This document shows, one piece after another, positions 52,935 through 62,611 of a DNA stretch of 64,000 bases. Each line of letters begins with the position of its first letter. Position 1 is the stretch's first letter. The translations under genes were made by a program, and so were the position numbers. Source of the DNA: Candidatus Latescibacterota bacterium (GTDB lineage Bacteria; Latescibacterota; UBA2968; UBA8231); NCBI GenBank assembly GCA_965217585.1, contig OZ244561.1, forward strand, positions 352,001 through 416,000, written 5' to 3'. The notes under the pieces are model-generated. The model was given only the letters and a program-made list of their open reading frames with translations. It was not told the DNA's origin and ran no database searches.

Positions 52935-55664
52935 ATGATACGCGAGACAATCTCCACACTTGCGCTACTGGCGATCGCGGGGACCAGCGTCGGCGCCCAG
53001 GACTACGGCAATCGCCTAGGCCAGGGGCACGGCGAAGACGTGCAATTCCCGACCACGGGCCCTAGTATGCTCTCCGATGCGCTCGATCCCCGGGTGCAGA
53101 AATGGTACTTGTCCCAGGAACTCTACAGCGAATACCGTCTGAATCAGTGGTCGTACACCAACTATGCCAGGGACTTCTACCTGCGCTACCTGCAGCCGGG
53201 TCTGGAAGGGGACTACTTCTACGATCTGTTTGGCCGCCGCATCATGCACGGGTGGTTGATCTACGAGGCGAGAAAAGAACAACCCCGGGCCTCAGAGGGC
53301 AACAGCCTGCTCAAGTCCCCGCTCTACGGTAGCAATTTCCAGAATTTAATCATCTCTTCCGATGCCAAGGGACAGTACCGCTACGCCCTAACCATCGGCA
53401 ACGAGATGCGCACCACCCTCACGCCGATGACTTTCAACAAGGCCGTCTTCAACGGCATTCAGTTCGATTATCTGGCCGACCGCTACGCCGGGACCGTGCT
53501 CCTCTCGCGCGTCAGCGCGCCGCTGGTGGCCACCTCGGACTTTGGCGTGGGACTCACCAACGCCACGGAATTAAAAGCCGGACGGGCGACCGTCCAAGTC
53601 GGCGACCACGTCACCCTCGGCGGCACCTACGTCAACACCCACAACAGCCGCGCCACCTTGGAGCGCTTTGCGGGCAATATGTTCAAGGGCTTTCTCACCA
53701 CCGATCAGGCCGCCAACGCCGTTTCCTTTGTGGAAATCCGCCTGGGTGACGATTCGCCCGCAGACGGCGAGGGTGGGGCCATTCTCTTCGCCGAGAACGC
53801 CATCCTCAAGGATGTCACTGGCCATACTTGGGAAAGCACCCAAGTCGGTTATACCCCGGTGCGGACGGGCGGCCAGTTGCGCGACGGGTTTCCCGTGGCG
53901 GACGGCAACGAGCGCATGACCCTGCGCTACAACCTAGAGACCCTGGCCGCGGCGAGAATTGTGCAGGTCGATGGCGAGCCCACCTTATCACCCACCACGG
54001 TCGACTCCCTCGCCGAGGTGCGCTTCGAGTTGGTGCTGGCCAACGACTACCGGGTCGAGATCACTTCGGACCGCCAGACCAACATAGAGGGCCAACCGGT
54101 CTTCCTGCCGGTGCAAAGCGCTCCGAGCAACGTCAAGGACACCTCCAATCGGCGCACCGTGCGTTTCGATTACGGCCTGCCCACGGCCAATCAGATCGCT
54201 GGTTTCACCGTGGAGGTCAATGAATTGTGGGGCTTCAATCTGTACGCGGAAATGAACGTCAACCACCGCTTTGTCCAATATCCCAGCCCGCTACTGGAGA
54301 CCCATCGGATCGCCGCGCAGCGGGCGAATGCATGGATGGTCAATCTGTCGCAGATTCGCTCCCCCTATTTTTTTCACCTCGAAGCTTTCAGCATGGATCC
54401 AGAGTACACCACGAGCATCTTCATGACGGAGACCAACGGGAGGACCGACTTTGCCGACGAGGAGACCTTTTTCTACGACTACGTCGACGACAACGACGAC
54501 CAGGACCGCTTTCCGGATCAGAAGCGCCGCTGGCAGTCAATCTCGCTGAGCGGCAGCCAGAGCGGCGAAGGAGCGGCCGATCCGGCCGTATTCCCCGGTT
54601 GGGACGAAAACGGCGACTTCATCTCCGACTTCAACCAGAACGACAACCTAGCGCGCCGCAACTCGATTGCGGACTACGAGGAGCCTTTCCTGCGCTTCAG
54701 CGTCGACCGGCCGGAATTTCTCTTCGGCATCGATCTCAACAACAACGGTTGGATCGACCGCTTCGAAGACGACGCCGACCCGGATTATCCCTACGACCGG
54801 GACCACCGGGGCTACAATGTATACGGCGGCGTCGACGTGCTTCCCCAGGTGCGCCTGACCGCGGGGCAGACGCGGCAGTGGCTGCTGTCCTCGGGCCGGC
54901 GCAGCGAGGTGGCGTACGGGCTTTTCACCTTTGAGCGCGATTGGGCCGCCTTCGGCAGGCTGCGCGTCTTTGAGCACTTGAAGAAAGTGCGCGACAACAT
55001 AGCCGACGACCGCATTGCCGCGCCGAAATTCTTCCGCGATCCCCAGTCTACAGTGGAAGACCCGCTGCCGGCCCAAGACACCTGGATCAATACATTCTGG
55101 CTGGGCTTTGACTACACGCGCCTAGCGCCATTGTACCTGTCCAACAAGTTCAAGTACGAATTCCTCCACCAGCGCGACAAACAACCAGTACTCGACGCGC
55201 GCGGCGCGCGGCGCAATGCGCGTTTTGTTGGCTTGATCAACAAGGCGGATTACGGCTTCGATGTCGGCGAGTTCCACATCAGACCGCGTCTCAAAAACGA
55301 GTTCTTCTCGGACGTCCCCTACCTACAGGAGGAGGAGAAACGCCAGTGGTGGAAGCAGATGCTGTCCCTCAGCGTCAAATTCCCGATCCTCAAGCGCTCG
55401 TGGATCGAGACGGGTCTGGAGCAGGTATTCACCACTGACTTGCGGGCGGACGAACATGCGCTGGAAGAGGGGATGCGCACGGGGGATGCGCGACAGACGG
55501 TTCTGGCGTTGCAACTGACCAATTACGGGACCTACGTGGGCTATCGCTCGATCATGCAGTTCGGCCTGCGCTACGACCGGGACCGCTTTGCGCGCCTCGG
55601 CCGGAAGTCCGAGATCAAGACGGGCAGCCTCGTCTTTCTCTCCTTCTACGCAGGTCTGGAATAG
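52935..55664 (+). CDS. Large secreted Asp/Asn-rich putative outer-membrane beta-barrel protein (paralog 3)
   Basis: Signal peptide and QDYGNRLG; same family motifs. Ends FLSFYAGLE. Confidence 0.72.
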   Translation: MIRETISTLALLAIAGTSVGAQDYGNRLGQGHGEDVQFPTTGPSMLSDALDPRVQKWYLSQELYSEYRLNQWSYTNYARDFYLRYLQPGLEGDYFYDLFGRRIMHGWLIYEARKEQPRASEGNSLLKSPLYGSNFQNLIISSDAKGQYRYALTIGNEMRTTLTPMTFNKAVFNGIQFDYLADRYAGTVLLSRVSAPLVATSDFGVGLTNATELKAGRATVQVGDHVTLGGTYVNTHNSRATLERFAGNMFKGFLTTDQAANAVSFVEIRLGDDSPADGEGGAILFAENAILKDVTGHTWESTQVGYTPVRTGGQLRDGFPVADGNERMTLRYNLETLAAARIVQVDGEPTLSPTTVDSLAEVRFELVLANDYRVEITSDRQTNIEGQPVFLPVQSAPSNVKDTSNRRTVRFDYGLPTANQIAGFTVEVNELWGFNLYAEMNVNHRFVQYPSPLLETHRIAAQRANAWMVNLSQIRSPYFFHLEAFSMDPEYTTSIFMTETNGRTDFADEETFFYDYVDDNDDQDRFPDQKRRWQSISLSGSQSGEGAADPAVFPGWDENGDFISDFNQNDNLARRNSIADYEEPFLRFSVDRPEFLFGIDLNNNGWIDRFEDDADPDYPYDRDHRGYNVYGGVDVLPQVRLTAGQTRQWLLSSGRRSEVAYGLFTFERDWAAFGRLRVFEHLKKVRDNIADDRIAAPKFFRDPQSTVEDPLPAQDTWINTFWLGFDYTRLAPLYLSNKFKYEFLHQRDKQPVLDARGARRNARFVGLINKADYGFDVGEFHIRPRLKNEFFSDVPYLQEEEKRQWWKQMLSLSVKFPILKRSWIETGLEQVFTTDLRADEHALEEGMRTGDARQTVLALQLTNYGTYVGYRSIMQFGLRYDRDRFARLGRKSEIKTGSLVFLSFYAGLE

Positions 55665-55676
55665 AAGAGGTGCACC

Positions 55677-58196
55677 ATGCTACATAGATATTGCGCGATC
55701 TGGCTGCTAGCCACTGTGCTCGGGTGTGGTGCGGTCGCGGCTCAGGGCGGCTATGTGATCCGTGGCGACCAGATCATCAGCGAGGGCGAGGACGCGTGGC
55801 GGCAATGGCTCTTCCCCGTCGGCACGATCGACTTCGACGCTCAGGGCATCCGACCCCACTTCGTGGCCCGGGACATCAATGCCAGTCTCGATGCCCATCG
55901 CTTTCCGCTGGAAGCTGCAGACGACGAAGAGAGGGGGGGCATCCACGCTGCCGGGTCGAACGCCAGCACCGCCGCAAACATCCTCGATGGCGACCCCTCG
56001 ACCTATTGGGAACCAAATCTCGACGATCCGCCGGATCGATGGTGGGTGGTGATTGACCTCGGGCGAATGGTGCCGGCCACGCGCATTGTCCTGCGCTTTG
56101 CCGAGGAAGGTCAGGGCGACCCTTTCTACCACTTCCGGGTGCTGGCGGCCAACGGCGACGCCCGCTTGGGTGCCAGTGACAATCTCGACTACCACCTCGT
56201 TGGCCGGACTAGGCGGCCGAATCTCGACCAGAGGGAATTCGCCTTCGAGCTAAATCCCTTTTCCCCAGCCGACAAATCCTTTACCGGAGATGCCGTGCGC
56301 TTCATCCAAGTGGTGATGACCGACAGCCGCCTGGGCAAGGCCGAGGAAGTGGCTGACCTAGAGACATACCAATCCCTGTCCGCGTCCCAGCAGGGCGATG
56401 TGGAATATTTCGGTCGCAGCCGCTCGGGGCGCGAGTGGGGTCTCGACGAAGAGACCTATCAGTTGCTCGATCCGTCCGAACAGGGCTCAATCCGCTATTA
56501 CCGCCGGGAACAGCCCCGCCTCGCCGAGTTCGAGGTCCGCACTGTGGGGGAAAACATCGCCCTAGGCCTGCTGCCACGGGGCGGTACCATAGAGGCGGAT
56601 GGCAACAATCTCGGCAAGAGCGTCGACGGAGACTACGTGACCTATTACAACTTCCAAGGCGGGTACACCGCCGAGGCCTCGAACCGGGAGCGCCGGACGG
56701 TTTTCGATCTGGGCTCGCTCTACTGGATCGACCGCATCCAGATCCTCACCGCCCATCCTCCCAACCCCGGTGGCAGGCTGCGCTCGTACCGCGCCAAGGT
56801 GTCGGACGGCTCTCTGGCTCCAGATGGAACCCTGGCGTGGACTCAGGTGGCCCACCGGCCGGAGAAAAGCCAGCACAGGTGGCAGGAGCTGCAATTTGAG
56901 TTGATTAAGGGCCGCTTCCTCATCTTCGATTACCTAATCCATCTGGGTGGCTCGCAGTCCTCGATAGGCGAGTTTATGGTCTTCGGCGAGGGGTACCAGC
57001 CCGAGGTGGTACTGGAATCGCCCCTGATCGACCTGGGTAACTCCAGAAACCTGACGACCCTCCACTGGCGAGGGCATACTCCGCCCGGCACCCGCATTGA
57101 GCTAGCCACCCGCACCGGCGACAAGATCAAAACCATCACCCACTACTTCCGTAAAGATGGCACTGAGATGACAGAAAAAAAATACAACAAAACGATCGCC
57201 GCCCTCCGGGGACCCACGACCGAGGAGACCGTCGTCGACGAAGAGACTTGGAGCAGCTGGAGCCAGCCGCACACTACCTCGGGCGAAGAGGTCACTTCGC
57301 CTTCCCCGCGCCGCTTCATGAAGGCACAGGTCAAGTTGTTCAGCGAGTATCCAGACCGCTTTGCTCAGCTAAAACAACTCGAAGTGCGCTTTGCTCAGCC
57401 GTGGGTGGGGCGGGCGTGGGGTGAGGTGTATCCGGTACACGTAGAGCGTTTGGGCGCGGAAGTGCCGCTGACTTTTTTCGTGCGATCGGAACAGGGTTCC
57501 ACGGATCTAGGCATTGACGAGGTGCTGCTCATCAATTCGAATCAGGTGCCGCTGACCCTGCAGGGAATCCGTCTCGGCCCTGGGGCCGAAGTGGCCGAGG
57601 GACGCGGCCAGTCCGTCGATCTGTCGGCGGTGGAGGTGCACCAGACAGGAGACGATTCACTGTGGGTGCAGCTACCCGAGGTGATCGCGCGCAACGAGGT
57701 AATGGCCCTCGAGGTGTCCACCACGCTCTTTGGTCACGGGGTCTCGTTTGCCGGACGGGTGGGCAACCGCGAAAACTCGGGGGCTTGGCAGCGAGTGGAG
57801 GCCGGCGATGTGCTGGAGGAGGTGGAGAGCCAAGTGTTGCGGGTGCTGGCACCGGAGGGTCGGATCGGCCTGTCTGGTCTGCAACTCAGCTCACAGGTGG
57901 TGACGCCCAATGGGGACGGGGTCAATGAGGCCGTGACTTTGCGCTTCGACGTGTTGCGGATGGACGGGGAGCAGTCCGTGCTGGTGTCAGTGTACGATCT
58001 GTCGGGTCGCCAGGTGTGGGAGTTCGAGGAGGAGCGCGCCCGAGCGAGCGGTCTGTACGAGGTAGCATGGCCGGGCGTGGACCGCGCGGGCACCCCCGTG
58101 CCGCCGGGGGTGTATTTGTTGCGCGTGGAGGTGGACGCGGATGCAGAGGCGGATGTGGAGGCCGCTTTGGCCCGTGCGGTGTACGTGGCTTATTGA
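55677..58196 (+). CDS. Secreted double-discoidin-like protein with FlgD/CHU_C-like C-terminal domain (subtype I)
   Basis: GTIDF..DINASLDA, DGDPSTYW, WWVVIDLGR, SPSPRRF, TPNGDGVNE, PGVYL. Confidence 0.82.
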   Translation: MLHRYCAIWLLATVLGCGAVAAQGGYVIRGDQIISEGEDAWRQWLFPVGTIDFDAQGIRPHFVARDINASLDAHRFPLEAADDEERGGIHAAGSNASTAANILDGDPSTYWEPNLDDPPDRWWVVIDLGRMVPATRIVLRFAEEGQGDPFYHFRVLAANGDARLGASDNLDYHLVGRTRRPNLDQREFAFELNPFSPADKSFTGDAVRFIQVVMTDSRLGKAEEVADLETYQSLSASQQGDVEYFGRSRSGREWGLDEETYQLLDPSEQGSIRYYRREQPRLAEFEVRTVGENIALGLLPRGGTIEADGNNLGKSVDGDYVTYYNFQGGYTAEASNRERRTVFDLGSLYWIDRIQILTAHPPNPGGRLRSYRAKVSDGSLAPDGTLAWTQVAHRPEKSQHRWQELQFELIKGRFLIFDYLIHLGGSQSSIGEFMVFGEGYQPEVVLESPLIDLGNSRNLTTLHWRGHTPPGTRIELATRTGDKIKTITHYFRKDGTEMTEKKYNKTIAALRGPTTEETVVDEETWSSWSQPHTTSGEEVTSPSPRRFMKAQVKLFSEYPDRFAQLKQLEVRFAQPWVGRAWGEVYPVHVERLGAEVPLTFFVRSEQGSTDLGIDEVLLINSNQVPLTLQGIRLGPGAEVAEGRGQSVDLSAVEVHQTGDDSLWVQLPEVIARNEVMALEVSTTLFGHGVSFAGRVGNRENSGAWQRVEAGDVLEEVESQVLRVLAPEGRIGLSGLQLSSQVVTPNGDGVNEAVTLRFDVLRMDGEQSVLVSVYDLSGRQVWEFEEERARASGLYEVAWPGVDRAGTPVPPGVYLLRVEVDADAEADVEAALARAVYVAY

Positions 58197-58247
58197 TTTC
58201 CTCATCGACGCGGGATTCTAGGTAGCAGGAGCCGTATATCTCATCCC

Positions 58248-60101
58248 ATGAAGTGCGCAAAAGGACGCCTCTTTACTCTCGCCCTAGCGGCGAACGCGCT
58301 GGTTTCGCCCTCGGGTATGGGCTTGACCATATACCGAATCGGCGACCAGGACCTATCTCCGCCCCCCCACGGCGCGGAGCTGGTGCAGTTGAGTTGGGAG
58401 GAGGCATCTCAGGGCACGGATGGAGTGTGGGATGGGCTCATCCTAGAAAACGGGCGGATTGCTCCCATACGGGTCCGGCCGGATGAAAACCTGTCCCTCA
58501 CGGCCATTGCCAGAGGGGGCGGACCGCGCGGTCAAAAGTACCCCAACGTCGAGCCGCAGACGGAGATCACCGACTGGACGGTCGACGGGGATCCCACGAC
58601 CGCCTTTCGCGATACAGACGCGGCCCATCGAGGCATGGGCAACCAGCTAACTATGTATCTCGGCGGGCGCTTTCCAGTGAGCCGAGTCCGCTTTTATCCC
58701 TCGCCGCAATCCTCCGGGCTCATCATCGAAAAATTCAGGCTGGCCGTTTCCGACCAAAAGGGAAGTGCCGAGGTGATCCGGTTGGTGTCGAACAATACGC
58801 ACCCGACCGTGGATTTGACCTTTCCCAGCCGCATCGTCGATCGGCTCCAACTGAACGTGCACTCCTCTAGATCTAGAATCGGCGACTGGTTTCCCTGGGA
58901 AATCGCCGAGTTTGAAGTGTACGGCGAGGGCTTCGTGCCGGAAGCGACTTTCCAGTCGCGAATTTTCGATCTAGGCGCACCTGCCACCATAGGCCCCTTG
59001 CACTGGTCCGGGTTCAGAGATCCCGACGCCAGAGTCAACATCCGCACCCGCAGCGGTCGCGATCCAGATCCCAACCGCTATTGGCGCTACACCGGTCGCG
59101 GGGACGAGCTCACCTTTCGCACGCCGGAGGGTGCGCCCATGACCCGTGCGGACTACGAAAAACTCCGGGGCGGTCAACCCCCTATAACCGCGGACCTCGA
59201 CAACTGGAGCGCATGGTCCGGCCCGTACGCCACCAGCGCCGCCATCGTCTCGCCGAGCCCCCGCCAGTTCCTGCAAGTGCAGGTCGGGTTCGTGCCCAAG
59301 GGATTCCACGGCGGCGGCGTCGACTTCGTAGAGTTCCGGGTAACTCAGCCCCCGCTCAGCGGCCCAATCGTGGGCGAGGTCTGGCCCGAACATGCGGTCC
59401 CGGGAGCAGTGACGTCGTTTGTCTATGCCTTGCTGCCAGAGTTGAGTCCAGAGACGAGCGGGTTTGATAGTCTAGTAGTGGAGACGACAGGACGCTTTGC
59501 CGCGGTCGACTCGGTGCGGATAAACGAGGAGTGGATAGCGGTGGAGGCAACGGTCGAGGCAGAACGGATATCCCTCTCGCTGCCGCGGATGGGGGCGGAG
59601 GATAACCAGAAACTCGTGGAGGTTTTCTTTCAGGCGCAGGTGTTTCACTTCGGCACCTCGTTCGCAGGCCAAGTCTTCGACTCGGAGCGGCCCGGGGAAG
59701 TGGCGCAGCAAGTGGTGCCTGGCAATGCCACCTTTCGGCTGGACGGCGACCAACTCGCGGTGGGCGTCCAGCTCGATGGTCCGCTCTTGCAGCAGGTGGC
59801 CGTGCAACCGCCGGTGATCACGCCCAATGGAGACGGCATCAACGACCGGACGGAGATTGCATACACCTTGCTGAGATTGGCGGGCGCAGGCGAGGTGGAG
59901 GTCGAAATTTTCGACCTGTCGGGTCGCCTAGTACGGAGGCTCTACAGCGGTCGGGAAAGCAGCGGGCACTACCTGCGGCCATGGGACGGACGCGGCGATG
60001 ATCGCGCCGTGGTCGCGCCGGGATTGTATCTGTTCCAAGTGCGCTTGAACGCAGACCGCGGGATAACCAAGGACAGCGGTCTCATTGCGGTGGTTTACTG
60101 A
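58248..60101 (+). CDS. Secreted discoidin-like protein with FlgD/CHU_C-like C-terminal domain (subtype III)
   Basis: GLTIYRIG, WTVDGDPTT, WEIAEFEVYGEGFVP, RTRSGRDPDPNRYW, TPNGDGIND, WDGR. Confidence 0.82.
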   Translation: MKCAKGRLFTLALAANALVSPSGMGLTIYRIGDQDLSPPPHGAELVQLSWEEASQGTDGVWDGLILENGRIAPIRVRPDENLSLTAIARGGGPRGQKYPNVEPQTEITDWTVDGDPTTAFRDTDAAHRGMGNQLTMYLGGRFPVSRVRFYPSPQSSGLIIEKFRLAVSDQKGSAEVIRLVSNNTHPTVDLTFPSRIVDRLQLNVHSSRSRIGDWFPWEIAEFEVYGEGFVPEATFQSRIFDLGAPATIGPLHWSGFRDPDARVNIRTRSGRDPDPNRYWRYTGRGDELTFRTPEGAPMTRADYEKLRGGQPPITADLDNWSAWSGPYATSAAIVSPSPRQFLQVQVGFVPKGFHGGGVDFVEFRVTQPPLSGPIVGEVWPEHAVPGAVTSFVYALLPELSPETSGFDSLVVETTGRFAAVDSVRINEEWIAVEATVEAERISLSLPRMGAEDNQKLVEVFFQAQVFHFGTSFAGQVFDSERPGEVAQQVVPGNATFRLDGDQLAVGVQLDGPLLQQVAVQPPVITPNGDGINDRTEIAYTLLRLAGAGEVEVEIFDLSGRLVRRLYSGRESSGHYLRPWDGRGDDRAVVAPGLYLFQVRLNADRGITKDSGLIAVVY

Positions 60102-60128
60102 TGGGCCTGCAGGTGCGGTGGTTGTCTC

Positions 60129-62180
60129 CTAGAACATATACTGCCACAAATTGCCCACCATGCCAGTGCAATAATCAATCACCAGCCAGGTTCCGGCCGC
60201 CACAAAAGCCCCGAGGATCATACCGATGAAAAACAGGCGGGTTTGCCGATAGAGTCGCACCCCGCCGTACTTCAGCACCACGCTCTTGATCAACCAAGCG
60301 AGGAAGACATTAAACCACATCACCGAGGTGGTGAAGACCGTGCCGCTGATGGCCAAACCGAGCGGGTGAATCGGCCACCACAATACCCGCTGTTGCAAAT
60401 TCACCAAAAACCACATCACCCCGGCACCTAGGCCGGTGAAAAACCACTCCCCTACCCCTATGGTAGCAGGGCTCTGAATCATCGAGGCTATGTACCTCAG
60501 GCCGGTGCTGGATGAACTCTGCCACCACCAACCCGGCAGATTGAGCCCGCCGTAGTTATAAGACAGGTAGATCATCATCCAATACGCCCCCACCAAGGTC
60601 ACCACGATCGCCAGCATCATTGCCCAGAACAGACCTCGCTTGCGGCCTTTGATAACTTCGTGGACCATTTTCAGCCCGTTGGCGCACGAGGCCATGGGAA
60701 AGGTCACCAGATCAGCCGTCCACGGATAGGTGTAGGCCAGCCCGGTCAGACCGGCTGCCCCTAGTCGAGAGGTCCCTAGACTGGCGATGACAAAATCCGG
60801 CGGGATCAGGGGAGCCCGCACCAGCGCCACTCCGGCTTCCACCACGATCCGGCTCAACGCTATAAAGATCAAAAACGCGACCGCTAAAAACAGGGGAATC
60901 ACCAGCAGGGGAATGCCCGCAGCCTCCAGCCATACTCCCATGACCACCAGCCCACCCACCAGTCCCAGCACCGCCGTGCGGTAGGACATGATCTCATCGG
61001 CATCCACCACGCTTTCACGGCGCCCGAGAGCCTTGCCGAACACATCGCGCAAATGGCTCCGCGCCCGCCACACAGTGAGCAGGGCGAACATCAGCATGGC
61101 CCCGAGGGCTTGGTGGGTCAGGTACGGTGCCTGGGGATTGCTGAACCAGCCCAGTTTGGCCATGCTCTGGATCCCGATGGTATTGAAGACGCCCTGCTGA
61201 ATCTGGGTCAATAGGTAGAATACCCAGATGCCCAAGGCCAGTTCCCGGCTGATGAAGTAGGAAAAACCGACTAGGGAAAAAGATAGCTGGAAGCGAAAGC
61301 CGACCGTGCCCCGAAACGCATTGAACCCAGTGGCCAGATTAAATTCGGGGAGCATGGGATAATAGCTGTGGAACGCATTGCAAGTGATGACCACCAGCGG
61401 GACGGCAAACCCCATCCACATCTGCGGCCGGCGCAACAAGGACGGAATGCGAAATCTGCCGGGAGCATTCTCATCGTCCTCCTCGACCATCGCCATGGGG
61501 GCCTGCATCATCGGGTAGAGCAGCCGTTCGTGCTCGACCCACTGCCGGCGCATCATCACCATCATGCAGATCGACACCAGGTACAGGGCCAGCAGAAAGA
61601 GGGTCCAGTAACACAGCGGTTCTACCCAGGCTGCCCAGGGAATGGGTTGCCCCTTGATAAACAGCCCCTCGTAGAACCCCTGGATCACCTCCTCGTCCCG
61701 GGGCGCGATCCAGTACGGCACGTGCGGCTGAATGAGTTCGGCCCAATTGTTCTCGGGAGAGGCGAAGTAGAACACATTGGTGATCATCGGCAACAGGTGC
61801 GAGACCATGCCAAAGGTGGGCAGAGAAGCCGAGATGATCATCATCACGTAGATCAGCGTCAGCTCCTCCCGCCGCAGGGCCAGAGTCCGCGCGAGGGCCT
61901 TTACCACGATGTTGGCCAGCACCAGATAGAACAGGAGAAACAGGGCCACTGGGGTGCTGAAGGCCCAGGCCATGAACGAGCCTTTGATGATGCAATTGGC
62001 ATAGATGGTGCCGGTGCTGATCAAGACGCACAGCGCCGTCCCAATGCCAAAGGCCCGCAGTGTAGAGCCCGAGCTGGAACTCTCCGGTTCTTTTTCTTTT
62101 TTCCCGAAAAATTCCCCCGCTGCTCTATCCCGATTCACGTTCTTGGCTCCAGGTAAATCAGCGTCTTCCGAAGCTCCCAT
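60129..62180 (-). CDS. DUF6785/DUF6784-like polytopic inner-membrane protein (putative transporter)
   Basis: YFASPENNW, RRQWVEHERLLYP, LSRIVVEAG, WWPIHPLG, AWLIKSVVLKYGG..LY. Start uncertain (62180 or 62138). Confidence 0.8.
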   Translation of the reverse strand: MGASEDADLPGAKNVNRDRAAGEFFGKKEKEPESSSSGSTLRAFGIGTALCVLISTGTIYANCIIKGSFMAWAFSTPVALFLLFYLVLANIVVKALARTLALRREELTLIYVMMIISASLPTFGMVSHLLPMITNVFYFASPENNWAELIQPHVPYWIAPRDEEVIQGFYEGLFIKGQPIPWAAWVEPLCYWTLFLLALYLVSICMMVMMRRQWVEHERLLYPMMQAPMAMVEEDDENAPGRFRIPSLLRRPQMWMGFAVPLVVITCNAFHSYYPMLPEFNLATGFNAFRGTVGFRFQLSFSLVGFSYFISRELALGIWVFYLLTQIQQGVFNTIGIQSMAKLGWFSNPQAPYLTHQALGAMLMFALLTVWRARSHLRDVFGKALGRRESVVDADEIMSYRTAVLGLVGGLVVMGVWLEAAGIPLLVIPLFLAVAFLIFIALSRIVVEAGVALVRAPLIPPDFVIASLGTSRLGAAGLTGLAYTYPWTADLVTFPMASCANGLKMVHEVIKGRKRGLFWAMMLAIVVTLVGAYWMMIYLSYNYGGLNLPGWWWQSSSSTGLRYIASMIQSPATIGVGEWFFTGLGAGVMWFLVNLQQRVLWWPIHPLGLAISGTVFTTSVMWFNVFLAWLIKSVVLKYGGVRLYRQTRLFFIGMILGAFVAAGTWLVIDYCTGMVGNLWQYMF

Positions 62181-62454
62181 GGCCAAGAGTAGAGCAAGCC
62201 GTAGGGGTCGTCCCGGTTTGACCGATTGGTCCAGCGGGTGGTATTGTAGGGATAGCGGATGCTCAGCTGAGCTAGGAAGACTGGAGCAAGCCGGGGCATG
62301 TGGATGGTCGCCCCGGCCCACGCGACGAGCCAAAAAATCCCCAGGCGTCTGAACAGGTAGTCGAGCGGCACTTTAGTCCCTCGCCGTGCAGGCCTGTGTG
62401 TCGGGCACCGGCGACAACGCCAACCCGACAGAGGTGGGCGGGTTACTCGCCCAG

Positions 62455-62484
62455 AGTATAGGGTTTGCAAAAGCCCGGTGTCAA
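62455..62484 (-). promoter_or_regulatory. Sigma70-like promoter with palindromic spacer, facing the DUF6785-like gene
   Basis: Minus strand TTGACA, 18 nt, TATACT. The spacer contains GGGCTTTTGCAAACCC. Confidence 0.6.
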
Positions 62485-62611
62485 TTTTTATGGGGATCAG
62501 TCCCGATGTCGGCAATCCGGAATTTTAAGACCGCTTCTTAGCGCGATGAGGACAATGGCCATGGAGATAGGTGCCAAGCAGGGCCACGGGCGACTTTCGG
62601 ACTCTTCCCGA

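Noticed and set aside
41656-60101. Diversity-generating retroelement explaining paralog variation
   Set aside because: No reverse transcriptase in the window and no template/variable repeat pair with adenine-specific differences seen.
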